Positions 38,101 through 56,828 of a stretch of DNA of 64,000 bases are shown here, piece by piece. Source of the stretch: Cycas panzhihuaensis (Eukaryota; Plantae; Cycadophyta). Made by a program: the position numbers and the translations under genes. Location: NCBI GenBank assembly GCA_023213395.1, contig CM041465.1, positions 198,779,741 to 198,843,740 on the forward strand, read 5' to 3'. Position 1 is the stretch's first letter, and every line of letters begins with the position of its first letter. Below the pieces are notes generated by a model. That model was given only the letters and a program-made list of their open reading frames with translations. It did not search any database and was not told the origin of the DNA.

Positions 38101-41100
38101 AACTTCGAGGACAAAGTAGAACAGTAGACTTCCAAGGAGGAGGACACTGGCAAAGTTCCAGAGGGCGAGGATGGAGTAGAGAAAATAGAGTCTGTTATAA
38201 CTGTGGAAGAATCAGATACTTCGCCAGTAGTTGTAGAATCTTTGATATTTGTCATTATTATGACAAAGTGGGACACTATCGATATCAATGTCCACAAAGA
38301 CGAAGTGAAATTTAAAGGAAAGCAACCCATTGAGGCTACAAAGAAAGAGAAGGATTAAGAGGAGGAGGAAGAAGAGACAACTTTCATCACATCACACATC
38401 GGTATGAAAGACAAAGACATATGGTACATAGACTCAGAGCTCCAAACATATGACAAGTCGAAGAATGGTTTAAAACCATGAAACCCTACAATATGGACAA
38501 ATCAAGAGAATTGGGCGACAAGTACCCTTAATATAAAAGGGATCGAACTATCTCAAGAACTGGATGGAAACGAAAAAAGAATCGAAATGTTCTATTTATA
38601 CCAGATCTAAAAATAAATCTCCTCTCTGTTTCTCAATTAAGTAAAAAGGGGTTGAGAACCATCTTCAATGAAGAAGGAATTATCATATTCTCGACATGAA
38701 GAGAGGTGGGAAAATTAAGGTAAAAGGAATCGATGTAATGATCTTTACAAACTTTGTCGATCTTGTACTTCCTTATCTGGAAGAAAAAGCTTGTACTGCT
38801 TCTAAATCTAGTAATAAAGCTTGGACAGGACAAAAACCTGATGTAAGTCTTCTCGTAATTTTGCGCCTAAGAATTTGTGTATATTCCCGATAAAAAGGTC
38901 CAAATTGATGCAAAAGCATAGAATATATTTTAATAGGCTACAGAATATTCAAAGGTCTACAAATGCATAGATCCAAAAACTAATAAAATTTATGTAAGCG
39001 TAGATGTTTTAACGAAGAAAACTCGTTGAATCCTCACAAATTAGAATAATAGAAGATGAGAAGAAAATGAATGTGAAGTCAGTCGTATATGAAGGGATGC
39101 AAGAAGATGATGAGCAAGAAAATAAGTCGAAATTACCTTAGAAAATCAAGAAGTCAAGAAAGAAGTGATTCGTAAATCACTAAGAAGGACAAGCAGATCC
39201 ATCTTCAACCGCCAAGTACCGTAAGATATGATCTAAAAGAAGACCCACTAAAATAGAAAAACCGCCAAAATGGTACATTAAAAAAGTTGAAGAAGGAAAT
39301 GTAATAGAACAGAAAACATGGGGATAAAAGTCAAGAGCCCTTCTAAGCAAAGTCGAACCATAGAACTTTCAAGAAGCAAAAGATCATCCAAAATGGAAAG
39401 CTAAGAATGGACAATGAAATGAACTCAATCAAGAAGAATCAAACATGGGAGCTAGTAGAACTACCTGCCAATAAATCCAATCAGAACCCAAATGGGTTTA
39501 CAAAACAAAAGGGGATGGATGGCAAAATAGAAAATACAAGGCAAGGTTAGTTGCAAAAGGGTACACTCAAACATTAGAGTAGATTTTGATGAGACCTTCT
39601 CTAGTAGCAAAAATGAATATAGTAAGAACAGTAATTGCCTTGGCTGCAGCACAACACTGGAAAATCTCACAGCTAGATGTAAAAAGTACCTTCTTGAATG
39701 GTGAGCTGGAAGAAGAAGTCTATATGCAATAACTAGAAGGATACGCTAAACAGGGGCAAGAGAATCTGGTTTGCAAGCTAAAAAAGGCTCTATATAGTCT
39801 AAAACAAGCTTCACACGCCTGGTATGCCAAATTAGACCATTTTTTTGAAGAAAATAAGTTTGTTCTTGCAACTCGACTCCGCCTCTACATAAGAAAAACA
39901 AACAACAAGATAACAATAATTGTTATCTATGTAGATGATATGCTCCTCACTAGATATGATGAAGAAGGAATTAAGTGGATCAAAAGTCAACAAAGAAAAA
40001 TTTGAAATGACGACTGGGCTTCTAAATTACTACTGCAATCGGAGGTAGGTCAACATCAAAACTATATAACCTTGTCCCAAAGTAACTACATCGTAAGTCT
40101 CGCTTTGTTTGATTTCAAATGGAGAATTGTAATCCATGCACAACACCCATGGAAACAAAACTATGACTTAATAATAGATAGATCGAAAGGATGTAGATGT
40201 CACATCAAGACAAGCAAATGATTGAAGTCTAATTTATTTAATGTACCATCAGTTCGACATATCCTACTCAAGAGGGATCGATATCCGTGACACATGCAAA
40301 AATCCAAAGTTGAGACATCGGTAAGTCGCAAAAAGAGTCTTAAGATATCTAAAAGGAACAGATTTCGTTAGTATACTTGAAAGGGTATCTAGTCGAAATA
40401 TCGTGGTACTACAACTCCGATCAAGGTGGACAAAGAACAAAGGAAATCCACCAGCGGATATTGTTTCTTCTTAGGAGCCTCAATAATCTCATGGTGTAGT
40501 AAGAAACAAACTACAATAACTCTGTCCTCTACGTGTTTTAACACAAAGCGCCTATATTAACAACCGTGAAGCTATATGGTTAAGGCAACTGCTGGACTTG
40601 GATCAATAGAAAAGAAGCAACCTCCTTGAAGTGTGACAATCAAAGTGCTATCAAGTCGACTAAAAATCCAGCTCTACATGCAAGGACAAAGCACATCAAG
40701 TTCATCATCATTTCATAAGAGACAAAGTACGTAATAAAGAGATAGACTTGGAATACTACCCCTCGCCAGTAACAAGTTGCGCATCTTCACAAAACCTCTT
40801 AGAAGAGAAAGACTCAAATATTTAAGAGACAAAATTAGATTATTAGAGATAAAACATTAAGAGGGGGTGTTAAGATATAATGTTTTATCTAGGTATGAAA
40901 GGGGGTCATGTTAAGACCACCCTCAATATAGTCATAGTGTAAGATGATGCCACTGGCAAGATCGAGCGATTGGTTACATTAGAGGTTGTAACCATCACAT
41001 TCTTATGTATACTTAAGAAGGTTGAATCAATGGAAAATATACTTCTTTTCCGCCTAATTCAGATCGCCTGCCTGCTTTTCATCGCCCGCCGCAAGATGCC

Positions 41101-42318
41101 CTATAGATAAAACAAAAGTCGAGAGATTCTCGGCAGACAAGGTAATTCAGAAGATGGTGTTAAGGAAATAAGTGGAATCAGATCGAAGGAGTAACCAAAG
41201 GTATAGAGATTGTCAACACGCAGACCGCAGACGCTTAGATCGTGAATCGGGTGACAGAGGGTACCAAGGATCAAACAAAGGTTGCTAGTCGACAGGTGGG
41301 GTGGGATTTATCCCCATAGCCATAGAGCTAGCTCTGGCTCAGATTGTGAAGAATATTAACTGTGATTTAGAGGATTACTTATCGAGACCCAAGAGGGGAC
41401 GGGAGCGTACCAAGTGGAGGGAAGGTGTAGGTATCAGAATCAAGGAGATGTTGGAACCGGGGTCAAAGTTGTGGATCCAGATAAGGGAGGAGGTGGGACA
41501 CATAAATGGATCTCAAAAGGTAACATGCCAGATCCGAGGAAGGCTCTAGACTATGGATGGAAAAAGAAGGTGGAAGACCACCCAAAGGTAACCGCAGAGA
41601 AAAGGAAACACATGTGCCTCGACGACATGGGATACGTGAAAGTATGTTAAAGGAGGAGAATGCTGTGAGGGCCCTATCCTCGGAAGGTGAAAGGATGAGG
41701 AGTGAGCCTAGGATATCCATGAAGGTTTTATCCTCGAACATTAAGGGCCCCAATGCCCCATCAAAGCGTAGATTAGTTAAGGAATCGAGGACTATGACGT
41801 ATGGATCTTGTCCTTTTGGCAGGAGATAAAAGTGGAACAAAGTTAAGGAAGGAGAGGTGTTTAACAAGATCTAGAGAGAAGGGAGATGGAGGATACCACA
41901 AGATCTAAGAAGCCTCGGGTGGTTGGGTCTTCCTTTGGAACCCAAGTAGGTGGAAAGGCTATGAGGTGGGCATGAATGAGTACTATAACCCTAGGTTTGG
42001 TTTGTGTACTTGACTAATAAGGAGTATCGATAACCACCGCTTACGCCCACCTAACTCATATGAGGGTAGGAAGAGCTTATGGAAAGACCCGAGGAAGGCC
42101 CATAAAGATTGGTACTACTTCCCCCCTCGGTCAGGTATGGGACTTTAAATTCCTCCCCAAGCCTGTGATGAGAAGATAGGGTGGGGGGAAAAGTGGTCGG
42201 ACCCAAGTATGTCCGATCTTGGAGAGTTCTTGCAAGTGGCAGTTTGGCTTGATGGATCGTGCCCCTTTAGGGGAGCCAAGTACACACCTAGTGAATAACA
42301 GTGTGGTTAGGACATAAT
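35130..42318 (+). mobile_element. L1-clade LINE (GC-rich 5' region, ORF1, start of ORF2 endonuclease), interrupted by a copia and truncated by the gap
   Basis: ORF1 DUF4283-like motifs (WENSLLGRF; LFRFANQEDL..IL.KSPWMFGRKAMSLEKWHPDFNP; APVWVQIRGLPLH) and a CCHC knuckle (KCKSMGH.PYQC, ~36350). ORF2 starts MKVLSSNIKGPNAPSKRRLVK at 41719, with later ASGG..LWN and GDF motifs. 5' boundary approximate. Confidence 0.88.
36615..41085 (+). mobile_element. Ty1/copia element with ~220-bp LTRs inserted in LINE ORF1; integrase core missing
   Basis: LTRs 36615-36835 and 40868-41085; TSD CCGCC at 36610-36614 and 41086-41090; PPT AAGAGGGGG. gag (LTGSNYHIWKIKLE), protease (WYIDS), RT ([37 protein letters not shown]) and RNase H (KCDNQSAIK, HARTKHI). 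Confidence 0.93.
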
Positions 42319-42818
42319 NNNNNNNNNNNNNNNNNNNNNNNNNNNNNNNNNNNNNNNNNNNNNNNNNNNNNNNNNNNNNNNNNNNNNNNNNNNNNNNNNN
42401 NNNNNNNNNNNNNNNNNNNNNNNNNNNNNNNNNNNNNNNNNNNNNNNNNNNNNNNNNNNNNNNNNNNNNNNNNNNNNNNNNNNNNNNNNNNNNNNNNNNN
42501 NNNNNNNNNNNNNNNNNNNNNNNNNNNNNNNNNNNNNNNNNNNNNNNNNNNNNNNNNNNNNNNNNNNNNNNNNNNNNNNNNNNNNNNNNNNNNNNNNNNN
42601 NNNNNNNNNNNNNNNNNNNNNNNNNNNNNNNNNNNNNNNNNNNNNNNNNNNNNNNNNNNNNNNNNNNNNNNNNNNNNNNNNNNNNNNNNNNNNNNNNNNN
42701 NNNNNNNNNNNNNNNNNNNNNNNNNNNNNNNNNNNNNNNNNNNNNNNNNNNNNNNNNNNNNNNNNNNNNNNNNNNNNNNNNNNNNNNNNNNNNNNNNNNN
42801 NNNNNNNNNNNNNNNNNN
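42319..42818. other. Assembly gap (500 N)
   Basis: Run of N; the round length suggests a scaffolding placeholder. Confidence 0.99.
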
Positions 42819-44514
42819 TCATTTTTCATCATTATATAGGTTCTCAAGTGTGTTTAAAACTTGAAAATGAAACAATTTTTTTTTCTCTTTCCATTAAAAT
42901 TCACTAAAAACATTTATAGAAAAATGTATAAAATACACCAAGGAACCTTCCACCATTCAAAATAGATTCTCATATACTTCACATTTTTTAAATTTAAGCC
43001 ATTAAATATATTAAATGAGATATTCAAACTTCTAGTTATAAGTTTTCATCAAACAAGTGTTTATCATCATTAACATACATTTAATATACATCGATATATA
43101 CCTAAGAACCCTTAAAATTATTGAAAAAAAAAAAAAAAATATGAATTTAGATTTCTCAACAAGTGACTTCATAACTATATCCAAAAATACTTTTCCAAAT
43201 TTACTAATTAAAATTTCTATCCTTTAATTTCTAAGCTATACCTCATAATCACTAATTATGTATGTATATGAATTTACTTTCTAATGCCTTAAATGAATCA
43301 AAATTCTGACTTCATATAAAAGAGTTATTCTTAAAATACTACTAGTGTATCATTAAAAAAATAAATATAGCTACACATGCCTCTCATAATAGATTTAACT
43401 CATATATATATATATATAGGGGGGGCTAGCCTACATAGGTGAACTTAAAGTAGTAATAGCCTTCCTCACATATTTGTGGAATAGTTCAAACTTTTATGTT
43501 TTATGAAATATGGTGCATCACATGCATAAATACATCCATATAAAAGAATCAATAAAATATCACCATTATTTAGCTTTCAATACTATCAACATGCCCTCGA
43601 TACATGGTCATATCTCATTGTGGACACCCAATTCATAGCTTATTAAAACAATCTATTAATTAACTTCGAAATGACTCAAACTAGCTTGATACTAGCTCTT
43701 TAATAGCTATACAAAATGTATGTATAGATCATCTTTAGATAGCAAAGATTTCTACCAAGTGATTATGGTCTTTAATATCTTATTTCTTTACTTCATTCAT
43801 CTCAAACTAGCATTTCACACAACTCCCTAGATTTCCTATTGACTCTAACCACTTTCTACATACTTCTTGCTTTATTTAGGCTCTGATACCATTTAGAATT
43901 TATGAAATCATCTTGTGTGTCACTTTGAAATTATCTCATAGGTCTTCAGGATCTTCTCGATTATAAACTCTCTCTATATACTTCTTACTTTACTTCGGTT
44001 CTAATATCATATTAAAATTTATGAAATTGTCTTATTAAAATTTCATATACTTTAATACTATATTGGAATTGATATGTATATAAGTAGATTTTATTTTATA
44101 GAGAATTCATATCTTATAACTTACATAAATAATAACTGAATTATGATTCATAAGGTAATCATAAGATAAGACATTAAGCATATATAAATAAGATATGTAT
44201 ACATCAATATGACATTATCATACATAGAAAAAATATCATATAAGATAGAATTTATATATGAAAAGCTCTTGATTAAAAAAACCATAAGAGAAAAGTGATC
44301 AGTTGATGTGTGTACATATATATAATGATCATCACCTCATATATAACTAATAAAATATAAGAACTTCATTAGTCAATGTTATCATATTAGTACATCGACT
44401 AGTTAGATTATATGTAAGAACTTTTACATTGACCAATCCTATTATATTACAACTTGACTATATAAATTAAACATTACATCGAATACTATGAAATCTAGTA
44501 TTTTAATAAAATTA

Positions 44515-50014
<5,500 letters not shown>

Positions 50015-50019
50015 AATTA

Positions 50020-51580
50020 ACTCAACACTTTTAACTATCTTTTATAAAGTATACTTAAGTCTTCCTAGTCTAATAATCTATAAATACTAAAGTATAACAA
50101 ACTTAAGATATTAGGAGATTTGATTATTGCCCCATCATACTGGTGTGTATAATTTCTAATATCTTCTTATTTATCTAATATTTCTCTTAAGCAAAAGGAT
50201 ATCTGTGATGTTTACCATACATACACCCTTCACATATACCTCTTAAACATAAGACCTATGATAAACTCTCCATTATCTTTATTATCTTTATAAGTGTCAT
50301 GTTTTAATAATTTAGGTATCCTAATCATTCATTCCATAATCATGTTATATCATTTGCATTGGCAGCAAAAGTATATGCTTAATTCTAACTGTAAAGTTTC
50401 TTAAACACTAAGAAGTCATCATTTAGATTTCTACGAATAATAACTAAACTGCCTTTCTTAGGATCTTTAATCAATTAATTATCCTTATAGAGATGAATTT
50501 TTTATTTTATTTATAAATTTAATGGTAAAAAAGAAGATTCTTCCTCATGTATGGTGCATAATATACTCAACTAAAATTCCCCATTGCAAGGCTAGCTATT
50601 TTGAATCCATCAATAGGCACCATTCTAGCATCCTTAAGTATGATTTTAACATCGCTAAAATTACAATCCATCGTAGTAAATGGCTCTCAATAGAAAGACA
50701 TATACCTTTGTGTACCTAGGTCAAGTATCTAATAATCCCTTTACTCTAAATTTGAGAAGATGAGATTAATACTTTAGTGTAATAAGTTGTAATATTCTTT
50801 AATTTTTTGTTTTGTTTTTCCTCTTGCATATCCTTTCTTCTAAACTGATAGTTTTTCACCTTATGGCCTTCTCTCTTCTAATAGTGATACTTTCCAATGT
50901 ACTTCTTCTCTTAATTTTGCTTAAACTTTCATGCACTTTTCTCTACCTTCTCATCGCATTTCCTCTGCATCTTTATAATTATACCATAATTTGACTCTAG
51001 ACTCATAACAATGCTATAGTATTTTAATTTAAATTTTTTATCTAGCATGAAATTCTTTAGCTCATCAAAGGCCATTCCTTCCATCATATCATGCTTTGCA
51101 TAAGCTATGTAAAATATACAAAACAAGGTTGGTAGTCTTAATATAATGATCGTAAATAGTAACATATTATCAACTAACTTCTCTTTTATCTCTTATAGCT
51201 TATTCTTTAAATCCATTATCTTATTCAGATAAGCACTAATATTACATTAATCTTTAATAGTTGTATTTAGCACCTCCATCAACAAAATAACTTTTTGTTT
51301 TATTCACATATTCTTATATAATTTCATTAAGATTTTATTTAGTATATTTAGGTTATGGATAAGAGCTCTGTGATCCAAAGCTAACAATAATTTTAATAAG
51401 CCAATAGCCATACACTATTTTTTTTCAGGGTGATCTCTCTTTCTCATCTAAAGATATTATGGTCAATTCATTTTTGATGATTTTCCATAATAAATTCACC
51501 ATTAAAGTGATTTCCATACTTTCTTTCCATTTGTTAAATTTGTTTCAATTAAAAGTCACTTGCAAAAATTTCTCCAAGGT
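50020..51580 (-). mobile_element. Decayed copia gag-pol fragment, copy 2
   Basis: Paralogous to 9363-10928 (GICEGCMYGKHHRY motif at ~50200-50240). Confidence 0.75.
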
Positions 51581-54473
51581 TGCAACCTTATTAAATGATT
51601 GAGAATAATCTTCTTTCAATGTTCTCTAATATTAAGAGCCTCATATCCTTATATCAGAGTCTTTTCTTCCATAATTATCTGATCAAAATGTTTTATGAAC
51701 ATCCTAATCACCTATTTAAGGTAGACCCCATATCCTCCATGCTTTGCACTACTATATTTATTTTTTTATAACCTCTACATTTACTAATGTGGCTTAAGAG
51801 GGCTTACAGGCTCCCAGAAGTTCTACACACCAATAACAATTGCTTCTTACTTTTCCAATGCTTCACATAATCCTTTTTTAATGTTTCCACTATGTCTAAT
51901 GCATTACACTTCACTTATAAAGACTTTGCAATCAGCACATACCCTTATGTATGTTACACAACCATTAACAAGTTCAAAATAACTTCAAATTTGGCTTTGT
52001 ATGATGTTACTTTGTTTCATGGCTTTCAATGGCTTAAGAAAAGATTCTTATGTGCCTTAAAATGACTTAACATGGATTTAATGGTGGCCTACATAATAAC
52101 TCTAATTTACAAAATCTTATTAATAGACTTTAAACTAAGTTTTTTGGCTTATATGCCTTGCATAGCCTTTAAACAACTTCAAATGCTTTCGAACATTTTA
52201 AACAACCTTAAACAAGTCCAAGAATTAATGGAATGAAACATAGTATGTGCACCAACATTCCCATAACTATATGTATTGTCCTTAAACTCTGATGTTTGTT
52301 TGGATTTCTGTTAATGCTACTCACATAACTCACATTTGATTCCAATACACCCTCAACTTCAAACAATCCAAAAGATCTTAATTTATATGGTTTGAATGAC
52401 TTCCCATGACTGTCATATATAAGTTATGACCTTTTATAATCATGCTCTTTAATAAATCATGTTTTCCTTTAAAATTTTAATTTATCATTAGGTTTGTAAA
52501 TGTCACGCCACTTCACCGAGCCCTGCCACCTTATGCAGTTGTTGTGTTGTTTAAGAAATTTTTATATTTGACCTTTGACAGTCAAATTTGAAGATATGAC
52601 CTTTCTATAGAGGTTGTTGCTTTGTTAAAAAGAAAACCAAAAGTTTATTTTTCAATCAAAATAGTTGATAATTTTCATATGTTATACTACTCTCATTAGA
52701 AACTTGTAGGAGCCTATGGAGAATTAACACTATTAAATGCAATGGAAGTTACATATTTTCATAGCAAGAAAAATATAGATGCTTTGTTGGACTCACAATG
52801 GATCCCGATAATTTAATTTAAATGAAACATAAAGAATTCTTATGCCTAATCACCTCCATGAACTCCAAAATAAAGCATGACATTACTAGAGTTGTCCAAT
52901 CACTGTTGGAGATGTCTAACATACTTTTACTTTATTATATCATGTAAATATGAGACTAAGCATTGTCCATCAAATGTTTTACAACTCCAAACACACATAG
53001 TTAGTCCTCAATTGGCATTACATTCTCTAAATGGGTCCATGATTATTAAGAATAGTGTTCATTCATGGTTGGATCCTTTAAAATGATCCCAAGTACTTCA
53101 GATGAAGCCCAATGCATCTATCCTCCATTTAACATATGGAAATAAGGCTAGCATTCTTTAAATGATGCCCAATAGCCATTGGAGTTGCCTAATCATGCAT
53201 ATACTCTACCTAGTAAGTAGAAACATTACCCAACCTTGCTTAATTGGTACATATAGCCTCCCCATAGTGGTAGAAATCACCACATGATGGAAAGCATGTT
53301 GTTGAATGGATGATTTCCTTTGTGTTATTATTATACACCATTATTTAATCACTTAGAAATTGAAAAGGATTGTAATCACATTAACAAGACCTTCTTTTAC
53401 TTTAGCAAATGGCCTTTTGATTTGTTCTAGGTCTACATTTACTTTGCTTCAACTATGTACTCAGAACTTGACTATGATACCATGTGAGAAAACATGTATA
53501 TAAATATAGACATGATCTTAACCATACATAGCAAGCAGAGGACAAGATATATAGGTTTTAACCTTCCCTAAGCCATATCGGAAAATCTACTAATACTTTT
53601 AATTTAAGCCCATTTCAACACATGTTTGTCTTCTAACTTATTAGGTTCACCTAACCTTATAACATTTTGTTTCAATTGACTGTCATTGGATTATGTTAAA
53701 TTTGATATTCTTGGTTGGTTGATTTTGATTGGATAATTTTGAATTAAATAGGGCTATATGTTTGTAAGTCCAAAAGAAAATATGACACTTTGTTATGTCT
53801 TGTGACCTTTTGCCATGTGTGACTCTTTGTTGTGTATGAATGAATCTTCAACATATATGTATAACACTGTTTGTGTTTGCTAACATATTATTGAAGCGTA
53901 ATAATTTTTCAAACATAAGGAGGAAAAGGATGTAGAGCAATCTTATTGATATGTTTTATGCTTATTTATAGATTTGTCAAAATCCATATCATTTATTTTA
54001 GTATAATGTTGTAGTGTTTCAATTTTGATGTTTCCCTTCAATGGTAGCTTTTTTCCTTCTATAATCATTGCATACTTAATAACCTTAAGTATATATTACT
54101 CAATAGTTTTTTACTACTAAAATATAATTTAAACTTTTATGAACAAGAACTAAATTAATACTCTAGTACTCAAGCACTTTTAAGCCCACACCTCATACCT
54201 TTGCCCCACTTTCCTGCATAAAGGTTGTTTTACATATTTGATGTAGTCAGCTTTACCAGAGAATGTAATTGCTTAAGAAACTTGATATCTTATTACATTC
54301 ATGAATGGATTTTTTGTCTCCTTTTACTATAAGCTCAATGTGATAGTTCTTGTATTCATACGCTTATACTTGGAACCATAAATCTAATTTTTCTCTCAAG
54401 TATAGACATATATGTAGAAGTCATTATATTAAGCATATCATGACATGAAGTAATGGATTCAATGTCTCTCCAC

Positions 54474-54539
54474 TATATATATATATATATATATATACAT
54501 ATATATGTATATATGTATGTATATCTGTGTGTGTGTGTG

Positions 54540-54579
<40 letters not shown>

Positions 54580-54591
54580 GTGTGTGTGTGT
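54474..54591. repeat. Compound (TA)n(TG)n microsatellite upstream of SWEET copy 2
   Basis: Expanded relative to the ~20-bp (TA)n at 13841-13861 in copy 1. Confidence 0.95.
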
Positions 54592-55316
54592 ACATGCTAT
54601 ATTGGAGATAAACACATGTCCTTTTTAAATTTAACGAGAGTAACTTACATAGAGACATTCCAATAAGTAAATGCCTATTTCCAAGACATTTTGAAAACAT
54701 AACATATATGTAGACTACACAATAATATTTCTATTTAATGATGCAAATTTTCATGTATTCCATTATAATATATGTTCGCCCTTGCCAACTTTTCTATGGA
54801 TATTTGGCATATTCGTGATGCCGTAATTCATGGAATTAATCATTATTTGATATAATTGTGACTGCCATGAAAAGATTCCTGCCCTTTCCGTTGCTCACTC
54901 GCTTTTGCAAGTTATTTAATTATATATATATATATATATTTATTAGGGCGAGAAAACTTTTAAAGTATATATAACATATATATATGGAGAAAATTGACTT
55001 TAATATTTTATGTGCTAGAGGGATCCCACTTTCGGATTTCTATTGTGGTAATCCCCACTTTAATTGAAAGCAATCACGAAGGCACAGAACGAGTGACTAA
55101 TCAAATGGGGGCATTTGGAGCTCTCGCAAAATTTGTCACCCTGCAGATGCACTTTTCTCTACGTATTGAAATCTTTTACGTGGTGCAAATCCAATGGTCA
55201 CTCGACTGTATTTTAGAGCCCTGAAATTTCCATTCACAAACAATCACAACCGAGGTTCTGAAAATATCTTCAATTTCGGGCGTTGGACTCGAGCGGCACA
55301 TCCTACAATTTGTTTG

Positions 55317-56828
55317 ATGGCGAATTTTAGCTTCATTCTTGGAGTTACCGGTAAGATAATACCCCTTCCTTGAACATGCAATTTATAAGCTTCAGTAATT
55401 ATTCCATTGAACCGTCGCAGTTTATCAAATTTGTCGTCGGGCCTTTAAAATGATTCGTACTATAAATATATATCGTCTGATTCTGTTGCAGGAAACGTGC
55501 TATCGCTGTTGGTTTTCTTCTCGCCAATGTAAGTTCACGTACTAATTGCGATGAATTAGCGCTCTGAAATCATTGTGGCAGTGGTTTGGGATATTCTATT
55601 TAGATTTGTAACGCGTTGTGTTGAAGATTTCGGTTGACAGGAAAACATTCTGGCGGAAAGTGAAAAACAAATCGACGGAGAATTTCAAAGGGTTACCTTA
55701 CGTCTGCACGCTGCTAAGCACTTCCCTTTGGACATATTATGGATTGCTCAAGCCCGGTGGGTTGCTGATAGTTACGGTTAATGGGGCAGGTGCTGCAATG
55801 GAGGCGATCTTCGTGACTCTGTATCTTATATATGCTCCCAGAGAACGCAAGGCAAGTAATAGTTGATAGGATTAAATCAATTAAATAATTATTTTCATTG
55901 CATATAGACGGTCCCTTGTATCGAGCCATTGCGTTTGCACGTATTCAATTCTGCGTATTAAAGAAAGTGAGTTAGAATTAAAATATAAATTGTGAGGAGT
56001 TCTTATTTGTATTGCAGGTGAAAACCGCTCGCTTAGTGCTGCTTCTGAATGTAATATTTTTTGGGAGTGTGTTTTTGGTCACATTTCTGGCATTTCATCA
56101 TAAGCTGCGGATAAATGCAGTGGGTGTCCTATGCTGTGGGTTCACCTTAGGAATGTATGCATCCCCCATGTCCGCCATGGTAGGTTTACGTTGCCGATTT
56201 ATCTCAAATAATCATTTAATAATATATGGGAATCATGTGTCGATCAAATAGAGTTATAATTTAACTTAATTACATTCAACGTCCATTTATATGTAAATAC
56301 GTATTGATTTCTTATATATTCTTGAATATGGCGAATGAAAGAGAACCGTCATCCTAACAAAGAGCGTGGAGTTCATGCCATTTTTTCTGTCATTTTTCCT
56401 GTTTTTGAATGGAGGAGTTTGGACAGCATATGCAGTATTTGTCCGGGACATGTACATTGGGGTTAGTAATATACCGCTTATTTTTTTTCTGATTTACGAT
56501 TGTGCAATCTAGAAATTGTTTCATATGCATGTTCTTTAAAAACTCGATTGAAGTATGAACCGAGTGCTGTTGGGAATAAAAATTCCTGCAGATCCCAAAT
56601 GGAATCGGGTTCGTGCTGGGAGCTGCACAGCTAATTCTGTACGTGAAGTATTATAAAAAGAGAGAGCCCAAGAGTGCAGAAGAGGAAGCAGACGATCAGA
56701 AGAAAGCAGGCTCCGTGAACGTGGAGATGGCAGTTCCTGAAGAAATTGGCAACAAGAAGTGCATCAATAATGGTCTGCAAAACGGAAGTGCATCAATAAT
56801 GGTCTGCAAAATAGCATGGCCATTGTAA
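55317..56828 (+). CDS. SWEET16: Bidirectional sugar transporter, clade IV SWEET16/17-like, copy 2, 266 aa
   Basis: Exons 55317-55350, 55492-55528, 55641-55851, 56018-56179, 56342-56461, 56592-56828; GC-AG intron 3; reading frame intact through the transmembrane core; C-terminal tail altered by a local duplication. Confidence 0.93.

Noticed and set aside
42131-42864. Long ORFs spanning X residues
   Set aside because: They read through the 500-N gap.
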